Positions 1 to 12,551 of a stretch of 64,000 nucleotides of DNA are shown here, in pieces; within the stretch, counting starts at the first letter, position 1, and the number at the start of each line of letters is the position of its first letter. Source of the DNA: Lytechinus pictus (lineage: Eukaryota); the NCBI RefSeq assembly GCF_037042905.1, contig NW_026974140.1, forward strand, positions 1,552,001 through 1,616,000, read 5' to 3'. Both the position numbers and the translations under genes were made by a program. Below the pieces are notes generated by a model that had not been told where the DNA came from, did no database searches, and worked only from the letters and a program-made list of their open reading frames with translations.

Positions 1-217
1 ACACCTTGACAATATCAGAATTTTCTTTTGAAAACTACATCTATGCATAGGACATCTGAGATCTTTAGCTAGCTGACTTAACAAGTAAATGTATGTATGG
101 AAGAGAGGGCGCCATGAGGAACGACGACATCACGCAATTTGGAAGTGCTGAATAATTCGTTAAAATCCTACGAAATCCACGGAATGAACTGCAAATAATA
201 ACTGATTTTAACATGAA

Positions 218-1096
218 ATGAGTGGAAACAAGGAAAAGAACAAAAGAGGGCCATATTTGTTACGATCTAACAAGCTTACGAGAGATTTGAACATGTCTAA
301 TAATCAAGTCACCACGGAAGAGGACCATGCATTAGAAGCTGGGAAGACATCAGACATGGTAACACGTGCAGATTTTCAAAAACTGTCTAACCAGATTCTA
401 CAACGTTTGGATACATTGGGCTCTCAGATGACTGCTATCAAGAAGGATATTTCAGGAATGCATACAACACTCACTGATCTACAAGTTGCAGCAGCAGATT
501 CGGCTTCAAGAATAAGCGCAATTGAAAATCAGGAAATTCCGAATCTAAGAAAGGAGAAAAATGCTATGGAAGCACAAATTAAGGATTCAATCCTTGCTCT
601 GGAGCTACACGATCGCAAACTCAACCTTCTGCTGTACGGAATAGAAAAGGAGAAAGATGAAAATATTGAAAGGAAAGTAAGAAGCAGCATACAGAAATTA
701 GGCTTTACCCAGGAGGAAACGAGTAAAATGAAGTTCGTAAACGCCCATAGGCTTCCAAGACGCCAGATTCAGGGGGAGCAACGCAGAGGTCCGGATCCAA
801 TCATCGTTCGATTTATGAGTATGTTCGATCGCGATGCGGTATTGAAAAAATATCAGCAAAGTCAGCTTAAGAAAAATCACCATGCTCAACCAAATTCTGA
901 TAGTCCACGGCTTCGAGTTGTCACAGATCTTCCATTACAATTGAAAAAGCGACGGTTTGAGTTGGAAAATCACGCCTATCAATTGAGGAAAAATGAAAAT
1001 AAATCAACAAGGATCCGTCTAAATGGAATCAAGCTAACCCTAGAGTGTCGAGAAAAGGGATCAACATCACCTTGGACAACACTTGTAAACGCTTGA
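218..1096 (+). CDS. L1/Tx1 ORF1p (coiled coil + RRM-like nucleic-acid chaperone), 292 aa
   Basis: Uninterrupted ORF; heptad-like N-terminal half, then RKLNLLLYGIEKE, AHRL, PIIVRF, VTDLP motifs typical of L1 ORF1 proteins. Confidence 0.85.
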   Translation: MSGNKEKNKRGPYLLRSNKLTRDLNMSNNQVTTEEDHALEAGKTSDMVTRADFQKLSNQILQRLDTLGSQMTAIKKDISGMHTTLTDLQVAAADSASRISAIENQEIPNLRKEKNAMEAQIKDSILALELHDRKLNLLLYGIEKEKDENIERKVRSSIQKLGFTQEETSKMKFVNAHRLPRRQIQGEQRRGPDPIIVRFMSMFDRDAVLKKYQQSQLKKNHHAQPNSDSPRLRVVTDLPLQLKKRRFELENHAYQLRKNENKSTRIRLNGIKLTLECREKGSTSPWTTLVNA

Positions 1097-2882
1097 AAAG
1101 TTGGTGAGCATGCCTCTGTACAACCTAATATTTATCATGTTCATTGATTCAATGTAAAACACACAACAAAATATTGTAAAAATGTGAGCACCTTTTGAAA
1201 GAAAATATTGTATCATGAATATGTAATTTCACTGTAAAAGATTTTTTTTCACAGTGAGTATGGCTAAAAATTCCATCGGATTGTTCTGATATTCTGAAAA
1301 TATTGAATATATGGAATAACAATTCTATGATTGTCCGAATCCAGGATAGTTTCTAAAAAGAAAATACAGAATTAATTCAAAACAGTATAAAGTAAAGAAA
1401 AATAAATTAAACAATTAAGTATTAATAACCTTTAAAAAATTGCTATCACAGATGGGAAACATCTATGATAAATAAGTTTCCACTTTATGTTTGAAATAGC
1501 AGATATATAGATTCACAAAATAACAAAATGCCAAAAGAAGGTATTGACTAAGATGAATAGTATTTGCTATAAATGTAAATTGGTTATATGCTCTGATTTT
1601 TTTAAATAAATACTTTAAGTTGAAATGTGGAACAACCAGTTTTCATCTATGTATGCAAGGCTCGACATTAGCGGTGGCCCGGTGGCCCGGGGCCACCAAA
1701 TATTCACCTCGGGCAACCATTATTGATAAAATGTTAAGTTTTGGTGGCCCGAATCGGGCAACCAATAATTTTCAAAGTAGCGCAATTTTTCTCCCAATTT
1801 TGCACGCATTTATCAACTTTCTACAGCTCAAATTGCAAGCCAGTTCGTCATGCGCCTTTTTTGTTGATCTACACACAAATACACACACACACAGTTTGCA
1901 TATTAGGCCTACAGCTATAGCATACAGTAGCTATTATCCAGCCAGCCGCGCCGGCCGGCTGGCGTGAGCTTTGCATGAAGCCACTGCATACAGCTGTGCT
2001 CTACTCTAGATCTAGCTCAGCCTATTCAGACTCAGGGAGCTGCGATAAAAAATGTTGCTGCTGAGAAATCTTCCACAGAACTTTGAAAATCTAAGTCAAA
2101 GTCACCTTTTACACCAATGAAATGAAATTCTACAGTCTATATTACGAAAATCTGGTGTACCCTGATTATTTGCAAGTATTAAGAAGAGGAATTATGACCT
2201 CTCTTTTGACTCAAAAAGACCGATTTCCACATGAATTAATACACATAAAAACACATAGGCAAGTACATCACAGTCCCACGTGTGCATTTGTATGTATGTT
2301 GATACTTGGTTTCTTTCGAAGCTGTGTATTTTCTAGCCTTAAACAAACAGACAGTTTCTTTCTTTCTTGTTTATAAATGACTTCTTAAACCACTCTTGAG
2401 AAAGTAAATACTTTGGGAAGGCATTTCATTGATATGAAATGTGATTTTTTTTTCCAACATTTTGGCAAATATAGGGAAGGACTTTTTTCACACTTTTTTT
2501 CCAATATAGTTTTTTCCGTTTTCTTTTTTTTTCTTTCATTTTTTTTGGACAGTGGTTAAACCATTTATACCCCTTCCCATTGAATATGCCTGATTAAAAA
2601 ATATGTTTCTACTGAAAATAAAATAATACAAACTAAAGGATATAAAAATAGAAATGTGCCATTCCCAAAAGGTAAGTGAAAATTATATGCTTGGCTTTTA
2701 ATTATATTCCAGTCAGAATAGACTGTTGCCACAGCTGTTGAAAATATATGTAATGGCTTCTTCCTCCTCAGGAGGACGACAAGAACACACTTGTCGAAAC
2801 GTCGAGATTGGGTGGTCCTTTTCAGGACCAACATATGCCCAAGAAAGATACATGGTGTACCGTGAAACCTACTACACTAATG

Positions 2883-5800
2883 GGGTGTTGCAAGAAACTT
2901 GCGATTGAACGCAAATCGAACGCAACTCCCAAAATTGAGCGTAAGTCCTCCGATTAAACGCAAATCTGCAATTGAACGCAAGTTACGTTCAATCCTGTTG
3001 CAAGAAGAAGTTGCGTTTGATCAATTGAACGTAGATCAAGCGCAAGCTTTGCAATTGATTGCAAATCGAACGTAACTTATGTGAGATTTTGGAGGACGCG
3101 CAAAATTTGCGCTCGATTTACGTTCAATTGATTGTCCATAGGCTTGTGTACTAAAAATTCTGCAAATTTTTTTGTTTTTTGTTTTTGTTTTGGAAACTTG
3201 TGTAAATTATGCCATTTTCAATTTTCCATGGGTTTTTTTCAAGAAAAACTTGAAATAATGTTATTTTCAATCTTATAGGCCTCTTCAGCAATTATGCCAT
3301 TATTTTCACACAATTTCACTACATTCTCTCCTAATATCATTTTAAAGTGTCAATCACCAAAAATATTCTGCTCTTGTTATCAGAGGTCATGGAATATTCA
3401 AATTGTGATTTCTGAAATAATTTGTATGAAAAAATATTGAAGAAATAATAACTCTCCATAGGCACAAAAAAGCCACTCTTCATTAAAACACTTCATGCAC
3501 TGGCAAATGCTTATCAATATTTCTGAGGGTTTGCAGTAAATACAACTCAGAATTTGTTTTGCAAGAGCACCAAATTGCTTCAATGCTTTCATTCATAAAT
3601 ATCATAATGAATAACATGCCCAATTCAGTTATTTTAGTTTGATTTTCAAATAAAACATACATTTCAGGAGATTGCTACACTTCAAAATCTGAAGCTCTCT
3701 TGTTTCTCTCTCTTTAATCATGAGATTGCATGGTAGATATATATCACACTTGCATACAGGGATGAGGTCGAGGCTGATTCTTCCGAGTCATGAGGCAGCT
3801 TGAGAGAACTTCCCATAGATTCTGTACAGTGACTCGGACCAAGGCCAGCAAAATGTTGTCTCGAGGTCAGCATTGACTACATCCCTGCTTGGAAATGAAA
3901 AGATCCATTGATCTGTGCACAAAAAGAACACTGCTCAAGACATTCATTATTGATGGACCTTTTATTTTTAATTTTCATTGTTTCTTACTCCTGAGGAATT
4001 ACTTCTGAGATTCATTTATATCAAATAAAAATTCATATCATCTTCATCAAGTGTTTTACCACTGAATGTCAGCCCACAGTCCTTAATGTTGGCAAGAAGA
4101 ATCCATAGAAGTCCAGTCAGGAAAGCCACAAGCGTCTCTGCTTGAAGGAATAAATCTGGTTTCCAGAAGCAGTCTAATTTGAGATGAATTTGGAGAGCTC
4201 CATGGAGTGAAGTTTTTAAACCAGCAACACCCTCATTCTGAAGTCCACTCTAATAATGATGTTACTACAGACAGGAGCAGCTCTGAATTCAGTTCTGATA
4301 ATCAACCTGTTCATAAAAAAGTAATAATATAGGAAATAATGCAAGCCCATAACCATACATAGCTTGGGTTAGTTCAAATTTTGTCCTTTCAGTGCAAGAA
4401 CGCCCTTAGCAAAACATTTTTGTGCACCCCATCAGTGCAGAAATGCCCCTATGCCTGCTGGTAAGGGCGTTGTTTGCACCGACAAGATGATATGATAGAG
4501 GGATAGTGGCTTACTCCCGAGACCATAATAATTGGCAATTTGCCATGATGTAATCTAAAAAAGTGTGAAAACTGATTGTTTTTCCCCAAATAAATAACTC
4601 ATGGAAATTAAAATATGCAATAAAGTAAATCAAAGAAAGCAAAATACACAATTTCATACAGTACACCTTGGATGAGCAATGGGGGTGTCTTCATTGCTGA
4701 GAAGTCCAAGTCAAGATAGAGATTTGTGTTTGCCTTTTTCATTTTGCATTATCCTTGGGTTAATGTATACAGATTTCACCCCCATCCGCATTACGATCAT
4801 GGTAAATTATTAATAATAATACAGTTTACATGTAACCTACCATTTGAGAGTTGATAAAATGAATCAATCAGCTGGTTGCAAGAACACACATTGTAGCAGA
4901 CACATTTATGGTGGTTCTGAGGTTTCTTGTTTATTCCAGACTTCTTTGTCATCATAACTGTAGTAAGCAATTAAAAGCAAAAAGCAAAGAGATAAAACAT
5001 GTTCATGATATTAATATACAAGTTAAGCTCAGTTGCCAGTGTGTTAATCATTATAGTAGTCCCAGGGTGTTTTGATTAAAGTCACTTCTGGCCTGGGGAG
5101 GGGCACTATGGTTCCTCAGCCATGGGTGGCGCAATTAAAAAATGTATGATATCATACCTTTTGCTTTAATTTACTAAAAAAAGCTCGTAATAGAAGTATT
5201 AATTTTGGTGTACATATTCCTTTCTAGAGCATTCCTAACAACTTTACTTTAAAAAATCTGGTATCAAAATAAATTCCTTTCATGTTTTTTTTTTAATATT
5301 TTTTCTTAACTTCTTAAATGTATTTTTGTTAATTGTTAATTTCAAGACAAAGTTCATCAGTGACATTAAATTACTATTGTCAATAAAAATTACCCAATTA
5401 TGAATATTGACTTTTTACATGTAATCATGTTTTTGTCTGACATTTACTTAAACAAACACAATGTTGCAAAATTTCCTGACCCTGTACCTGGGAATTGCAA
5501 ATTTGGTCTCAAAAGTTGCATGAGACTTGAAAGTAAAACGTCAGTCAGCGGTGCGGTAATAAAATGTTGAGTGGCAGATTTATTCTGAAAAATGTCAAGG
5601 GGGACCATATGCGCATCCCCCCCCCCCCCGAGTATTGTGCTTGATGTAAAGGATGTAAAAAAAATCATGATTATGCATTCAATATTAATAATGATGCACC
5701 ATATGAGACACCCTTTAACTGAAAGCACCTGGAAAAGCATTCTAATCATCCATTAAACAATTTAAAGTGAAAAAAAATCTGTCATCTATATAGCACCTCA

Positions 5801-7399
5801 TGTGCTTGCATAATTAAAAATCAAGTTAAGAGTCAGCTACATAGTAGCCAGGGGGGGGGGTACTCACGAAATAAGGCATATGGGGATATGCCGCAGGAAT
5901 GGGTCGCCATTTTGGAAGAAATCCCTAAACATGAGGTATGGTTTTATGCTGGAAAATCCCTAAACATGGCCCAATTTCTAGATAATGTCCTTAAACATTT
6001 TTTTTTTGCTTGTCAAGTTTTCCAGGCGAAAATGTGCCCCCCCCCCTTGGAAATCCTGGATCCGCCCCTGTAATGAATCCTTAATAATGGGTACCTTTTT
6101 AGCCAAAATGGCCTGTAAATATGGGTACGGGTTTCGAACCTTCAGCCGCACACCTTTGTCCAAACCAAATCTAAGTACCTCCCTAGCTCCCGGCATAGTA
6201 GATGTACATATTGAATCTAAAAAATAAATGTATTTGGGCCTACATCATGTAAATGTATATCTTTTTATATTTATATGAGATGGATATTAAAAATGTGACT
6301 CATACGGCACATCATTACAAATCAACGACACAAATAGACTGTCCTCTTGAGCAATCTGCCCGTAAGAAATTTTTAAAAGAGCCCTGGGCGGGTAACTCCC
6401 TATTCAATGTTAAAACTTCCCCAAGAATGTGGCCAATAGATTCTGAAAAGTAGCCCAATACATGTAGACCCCCTATACCTTTGGTTTTTTTTCTTGTCTG
6501 GCGAGATATGTGGAGTCTGGAAAACCCCCCCCCAAAAAAAAAAAAAATAGGCCTAATATTAATAAAATAATAATAATAATATTTTTTTTTTTAATCCTCC
6601 AAAGACAAAAGTCGAAACAGCAAAATTTTCACTTTATCCCAGGCCAGGCCAAGGAAAGTCATAAAAAGGGAGGTTAACGTTAGACAGACTCTTAAAAAAG
6701 AGAGATAAACGGAGCTGGAGAGGATTTTTTTTCTTGTGGAAAAAAAAATTAGAAGGTAGTAAAGTACTAGGACTGGAAGTCTTTAATTTCTATTTACTTA
6801 AAAAATCATTTCAAATAGGAACAAAAATAATCTTTAAAGGTCATTTTCGATGCTTCATACATAATTAGAGCCTACACATTTACTTGCTTCAGGGTGATTT
6901 TTAACAGCACTGCACCGGCAGTGACCTGCCGTGTTGTTGATACAACCGTGCATTACCGACACAAAAAGTTATATGTGGGACTGGGATTAAAACTGTGCGG
7001 TAGAAAAAATGTTGAAGGTGAAATTTCGACCGGCGATAAAGATACATTTTCACTTTTTGCAAAATAAATTTTTCCCTGGCATAGGTCTAAAATATATAAA
7101 TTCTCTGAAAACATACATAATGGAGAAAGAATTGTCTGAAAAATGAATATTTTCTACTTACTCTCTTCCAGATCCAGGATTGTTGCAAGCCATTATTTTG
7201 CTTTTTCGGCTAGTCTTGTGCTGCAGACCCTGTTTACAGCTGCAAATCGTCTGCAAATCAGCTGCAACTTGCGTTCAATCGCAAGCCTTTTTCTTGCAAC
7301 GCAAATTGGCGATTGATTGCTAGTTGCAGTCGATCGGAATCGGCTGCAAAGTTGCAGTCGATTAGCAATCAATTGCAACGTAACTTTCTTGCAACACCC
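2883..7399. mobile_element. PIF/Harbinger-like DNA transposon nested in the 1656-7593 element
   Basis: TIR GGGTGTTGCAAGAAA / TTTCTTGCAACACCC; 3-bp TSD ATG (2880-2882, 7400-7402); subterminal TTGCAA/AACGCAA-type repeats; no intact transposase seen. Confidence 0.75.
5848..6193. mobile_element. MITE with 8-bp TSD, nested in the Harbinger-like element
   Basis: TSD CATAGTAG at 5840-5847 and 6194-6201; ends CCAG(G)nTACT ... AGTACCTCCC..CCCGG. Confidence 0.7.
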
Positions 7400-9185
7400 A
7401 TGTATAAAGTGAAAGGAACTTAGTGGTAGTGGCTGCAGAATTAATATTTCAGAAGTTTTTTTATTCATTTTTAATGTTTTTCTTTATATTTTTCGGGCCA
7501 CCAAACTTTAATATCGGGCCACCCAAAAAAATTATTTGATGGTTTTGGTGGCCCGAACGGGCCACCACCAAAAAAAGTTAATGTGGAGCCTTGATGTATG
7601 CATACAATCTCATGTAAAAAGAAGAAGAAAGGTGACTTTTATTTCAGTACATTGATGTATTTATTGTATCATTCACTCAAACAGCACAGACCACGGATTA
7701 TTGGCCACAGATATACGCATGGCATGTGGTGATACAATTCTTAAGACATGAAACTTTAATTGACAGATTGTACAATGAATAATACTCAAACATTAAAAAC
7801 ATCCAATTATGTAGATAGTGAAGTAGACATAGGCTTGTAAAACTAGAAAAAGTGGAGTAAATAATGACTTCATAGCTTGTATAGAGAGAGTAGTCATTTT
7901 CAAGTTTGACAATTTTGAAATAGAATGATGATATAATTATATTGATACGAGAGAAAAAAAAAACAAGTTGTGACATTAAAAATGTCCTAGTTAAACGTAA
8001 AAGAATATTTTTTGAATTATATTAAGAACGAAATGGAAATAAAATACATGATTCCATTCATTCACTTTATACAATTATTGCAGTCATTAAGCATAGTTTA
8101 AAGTGCTTGAGCTAGTATGACCGCATAATCACAATTGGACGAGCAATTGAGTGGATCAATTATGTTTTTACAGAGAGTCAAGATATTTTCTATTTTTCAA
8201 AAGGAAGATTTTTTTTTTCCTTGTATAATTACTTGATAAACACTGTAAACATTTTCCGGAATATTAATATGAAAAGAGCATTCATATGACTGTCAAATGA
8301 GAAGAGATCAATATTATTGTGTATATTAAGCGAGAACATAAGAAATAGGCATGTTTATCATGCAATTTACATTAAATATTTTTAAGATGTATTTTGACCT
8401 TTGTTATGTTTCTTTGAAAAACTAATACGAGGAGATCTGTAACTCAATCGATGAAAGTAACATCACTGTTAGCAATTTTCTTCAGCCTCATTTTCTCGGA
8501 AATGTTTAAAAGCTGATGGAAGAATGATCAGGAAGTAAATTGAAGAAACTTCAATTTATGTTTAAGTCATTCTAGATAAACTGGTTGAGCACAGACATAA
8601 AAATTGAGAACTCATTAGGCCAAAGGTGCTGTAAATAGAAAATAAATATATATTACTATCATTTCCCTTACTTTTTTTTTTCATTATTTATAGTTGCATC
8701 TACTATAAAAAAAAATATTTTAGGGTTTTGAAGCTTCGACTTTTACCCTTTTTCATTTGGATATTTATAAACACATTCTACAGCACCGGAATCGCTGTTC
8801 GTCTATTCTCATTTCAATGATCTGTGTTCATCTTAATTTATTCCTACATTGCATTTACCTTTGTTATGTTAAACGGTTGTAAATTCCCGGTCACACACTA
8901 GATATTTTTTTTAGGAACGAATGACGGGAAAGAATGCTCTTTCATAAAATAAGGGCAAGGTTCAAGCTCTTTACAGATTTAACGTTCTTACGTAAGAAAT
9001 GGATTTCGTAGGAGACCCCATGGGAAAGTCCTACTCTCCTTTGTTATGTGTGGTATTTATGTAGGGAAACGCAGTGCGAGTCTCTTGTCTTGTTCAGGTG
9101 TTGTTTTGGCGTCGTCTTTTATGTTATATGTCTTGTTTTGTCTTGTATTTATGTTTAAAAAAAAAATCCCTCCGATGGCTTTTAT

Positions 9186-10898
9186 ATGGGTTATGCTATG
9201 TTTCGATCTATGAATAGTAAGTTGAAAATTATCTCCGTAAATTGTAGGGGTCTGGGAAACTTGCAGAAAAGAAAAGATGTATTGAATTATCTTAAAAGTA
9301 AAAATGCTGATATTTGTTGTTTATTAGATACGCATTTCGTGCCTGAGATAGAGGCTATTGTTGAACTTGATTGGGGCGGTTCATGTTTTTTTGCAAACAA
9401 ATCCTCTAATGCTAGGGGTGTCGCGATATTATTTGATAACAAAAATCAGTGCGAAGTGAAACAGGTATTGTATGACAAAAATGGTAATTATGCTGCTTTA
9501 AGCCTTTGTATTGGACAATTAGAATTTTCTTTGATTTCACTTTATGCCCCAAACGAGGATTGTCCCAGCTTTTTTGAAGAATTAGAGAATATTATATTAC
9601 ACCTAAACGATCCTATTGTAATTATGTGCGGAGACTGGAATTTACTCCAGGATCTTGATTTGGATTCATATAATTACGTTAGATTAAATAATAAAAACTC
9701 ACATCACAAAGTTACAGAAATGAAAAATGATTTTAACTTAATTGATCCATGGCGATCTATTAATCCAGATTTAAAACGGTATACTTGGAGACAACCTAGT
9801 CCTTTAAAACAAGGTCGTTTGGATTTTTTCTTGATATCTAATCAATTACTTTCTTTGGTTTCAAGTTGTCAGATCCATAATAGCTATAGATCTGATCATT
9901 CATTGATTAGTTTAGAACTCAAATTAGATAATGGTCGATGTCGTAACAGATTTTGGAAATTCAGCAGTTTACTTCTAAATGATGAGGAATATGTAAAAAT
10001 TATAAGAGATAAAATAAAAGAAATAACAATGAATTATATTGACAAGAATGAACACAATGAGGCTAAGTTTGAGGATATCAATAAGAAATCTTGCAAATTT
10101 ATTGTAAACGACCAGGTATTTTTTGAAATTGTGTTAATGGAACTACGAGGATGTACGATTAAATATGAAACACACAAGAAAAAGGTGATAAATAAAACAG
10201 AAATGGACTTAGAAAATAATATAAAACAATTGGAAATTAACTTAAATTTGGTCGGTAATAAGGATAACATATTAGAACAGATAGTCTCGTTAAAAGAAGA
10301 TTTGGAATCTATAAGAAGAGAAAAACTTAAAAGAAAAGAGGAAAGAGTTATATTACAAGAATTGAAATATGGGGAAAAACCCTCCAAATATTTTTTTAAC
10401 CTTATGAAAAAACGTAGGACAGAAAAACAAATTATTCAACTGCTTGATAAAAATAATGATGTGTTATATATGGATGAGGAAATAAAACAAGAAGTTCTCA
10501 TGTTTTATGAAGAACTTTACGGTTTTCAACAGGTGTCAGATTTTCGTGATATTTTGCAAGAACTAAAAGAAATCGAACATAATCCAGTTTCAGACGAAAA
10601 AGCAAAAATGATAGAAGGAGAGATCTCTTTCGAAGAAATTCGTAAAGCAATTAACAATTTGAAGACGGGGAAATCCCCCGGTCAAGATGGGTTTACTGCA
10701 GAATTTTATAAGTTTTTCATGCAAGATATTGGAATTTATTTATCAAGAAGTTTGAACTCAGCATTTGCTTGTGGAAACTTATCACATTATCAAAATTTAG
10801 GAATAATAACTTTGTTACCGAAGGGGAATAAGCCGAGAAACTTGCTCAGAAATTGGCGACCAATTTCTTTACTTAATGTCCAATATAAGATTCTTTCC
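9186..10898 (+). pseudogene. L1/Tx1 ORF2, N-terminal part (APE endonuclease, tower, start of RT), interrupted by an insertion
   Basis: SVNCRGL, SLYAPN, GDWN, RLDFFL, SDH endonuclease motifs; KSPGQDGF and NWRPISLLN RT motifs; ends at YKILS where the DNA transposon starts. Confidence 0.93.
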
Positions 10899-12545
10899 CA
10901 GGGACTCGATTTTAAGGCGCGCGAGAGCGATCGCGCGCTACATGCGCGCCTTAATCCATTTTTGGTAGCGCGATTAATAGCGCGCCTCGCGATAGCTGAC
11001 CTGCGCGAAAATGCCTAAAGTCGCCCTCGAAATCACCCAAAATCATGCTTTCGGGAACGACATAAAATCTGAATGTCGCCCCCGAAATTATTGCCGAGTG
11101 ATAACAACTCAACGGCCCACTAGTGCCATATGCTCGAGCTCCGCTTACCATTTAAAAACCATCCAAAATCCACACTCAAAATCACGAATAAGCCTTAAAA
11201 GTAGCGAGTAGCGCAGTTTCAAATTCCGAAGTTGCGTTATTTTTTCTGTACCACGTATTTCCATACACATGGTACACCAGGTATGGAAAAAAAAAATCAA
11301 CGCAACGGTCGGGAAAGAGTTGCATGTATAGGGGTCCATTATGACTACCACCGTGTGCCATTTCGAATGCACATGTTTCCCCCACAGATATCACAATTCT
11401 GTGATAAAATAATTCGAATTACACAGGAAATAAATCCCAGAGTCTAGTAACCTAGCATTGGTGAGTTGTCATTCGGCTTTGCTTTTCAAAACGGCTTATT
11501 AACTTCCAAAATAAGTTATCTTATTTATCAATTATAACTAAAAAATCATTTGTTTTCTTTTTCTAGGGGATGAGGTATTATATCAGACAATAAATCATCA
11601 AACAAAGCTCCATCTTTTTTACAAGGACGGCGGCAGGCTCACGCTTTGGCGCTTTTACTAGCTAGCCAGTTGGAGCTCTGTCTCTCTGCCAGAGCTCTGG
11701 GGGACAATTCGCTCAGTAAAGGCCTCAATGGTGGTGATTTTCTGTTTCAGACAGAGTTTACATTTCAGGAATATTATTCAAAACTGCCAATAAAGTTTGA
11801 TGATTTCTTCATTGTCATGTATATTTAAGTTCTTAATGAATACATTCTCACCAAATTTAGACTCCCCCATAGAGAAATTAAATTTTCATGGAGATCTGCG
11901 TTTTCAAAGAACTTCAGGAAAAGTTAGGGTTTGTGGGCCTTTATTACATGTACATGGCTGACTAGGGTATTGTACTGGAATAAATGGAGTAGATATTGAA
12001 TTCATTTATATCCAAGTCCAACTCACAGTCACACACATACTCACAAACCCACACACACCCACCCATCCACACACACCCACATCCAAGATTCTAAACATGA
12101 TAAATAACTTTAAAAATCATACAATATTAAACAAAAAGTAATAATTCCTTAATAAGTGAACAGGTATTCTTCAAAATACAAAAAAGTAGCATTTAAAAAG
12201 AGCCCCCGAAATTTGACAAAAAATTAAAATGGAGCCCCCGAAAAAAAAAAAAAAATTGTCAGTGACTTAACTTTTAGCCAAAGTCAAAACCTAACTAAAA
12301 CAGGTTTTACAACACACAATCTAATTACCGGTACAATACATTGTAAAACAATTATAAATACTTCCTTTGGTTGTTGATTGTAATTTTATAGTACATACAT
12401 TTCCTCCATCCATTTTGTTAATTGGGCAAAAAGCTCCCCTTGTATGTTGAAGAAGAGCTTTTTGAAGTGCTCCTCTACCGCTCTCCTTAAAATTTCTAGG
12501 AGAGCTTTTTATTGCTCCCCTTATAATTATAAAACCGAGTCCCTG
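10899..12545. mobile_element. Non-autonomous hAT-like DNA transposon with 6-bp TSD, splitting L1 ORF2
   Basis: TIR CAGGGACTCGATTTTA / TAAAACCGAGTCCCTG (15/16); TSD CTTTCC at 10893-10898 and 12546-12551; removal restores the reading frame. Confidence 0.92.
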
Positions 12546-12551
12546 CTTTCC

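Larger units (their letters stand above)
1656..7593. mobile_element. Non-autonomous DNA transposon (P- or hAT-like, 7-bp TSD) in the L1 inter-ORF region
   Basis: TIR CAAGGCTCGACATTA / TAATGTGGAGCCTTG (14/15); TSD ATGTATG at 1649-1655 and 7594-7600; GGTGGCCCG/CGGGCCACC subterminal repeats at both ends. Confidence 0.85.

Noticed and set aside
3398..3592. Possible Harbinger transposase remnant (IE.AFG.L-like)
   Set aside because: Needs a frameshift, no other catalytic motifs found; too weak to call
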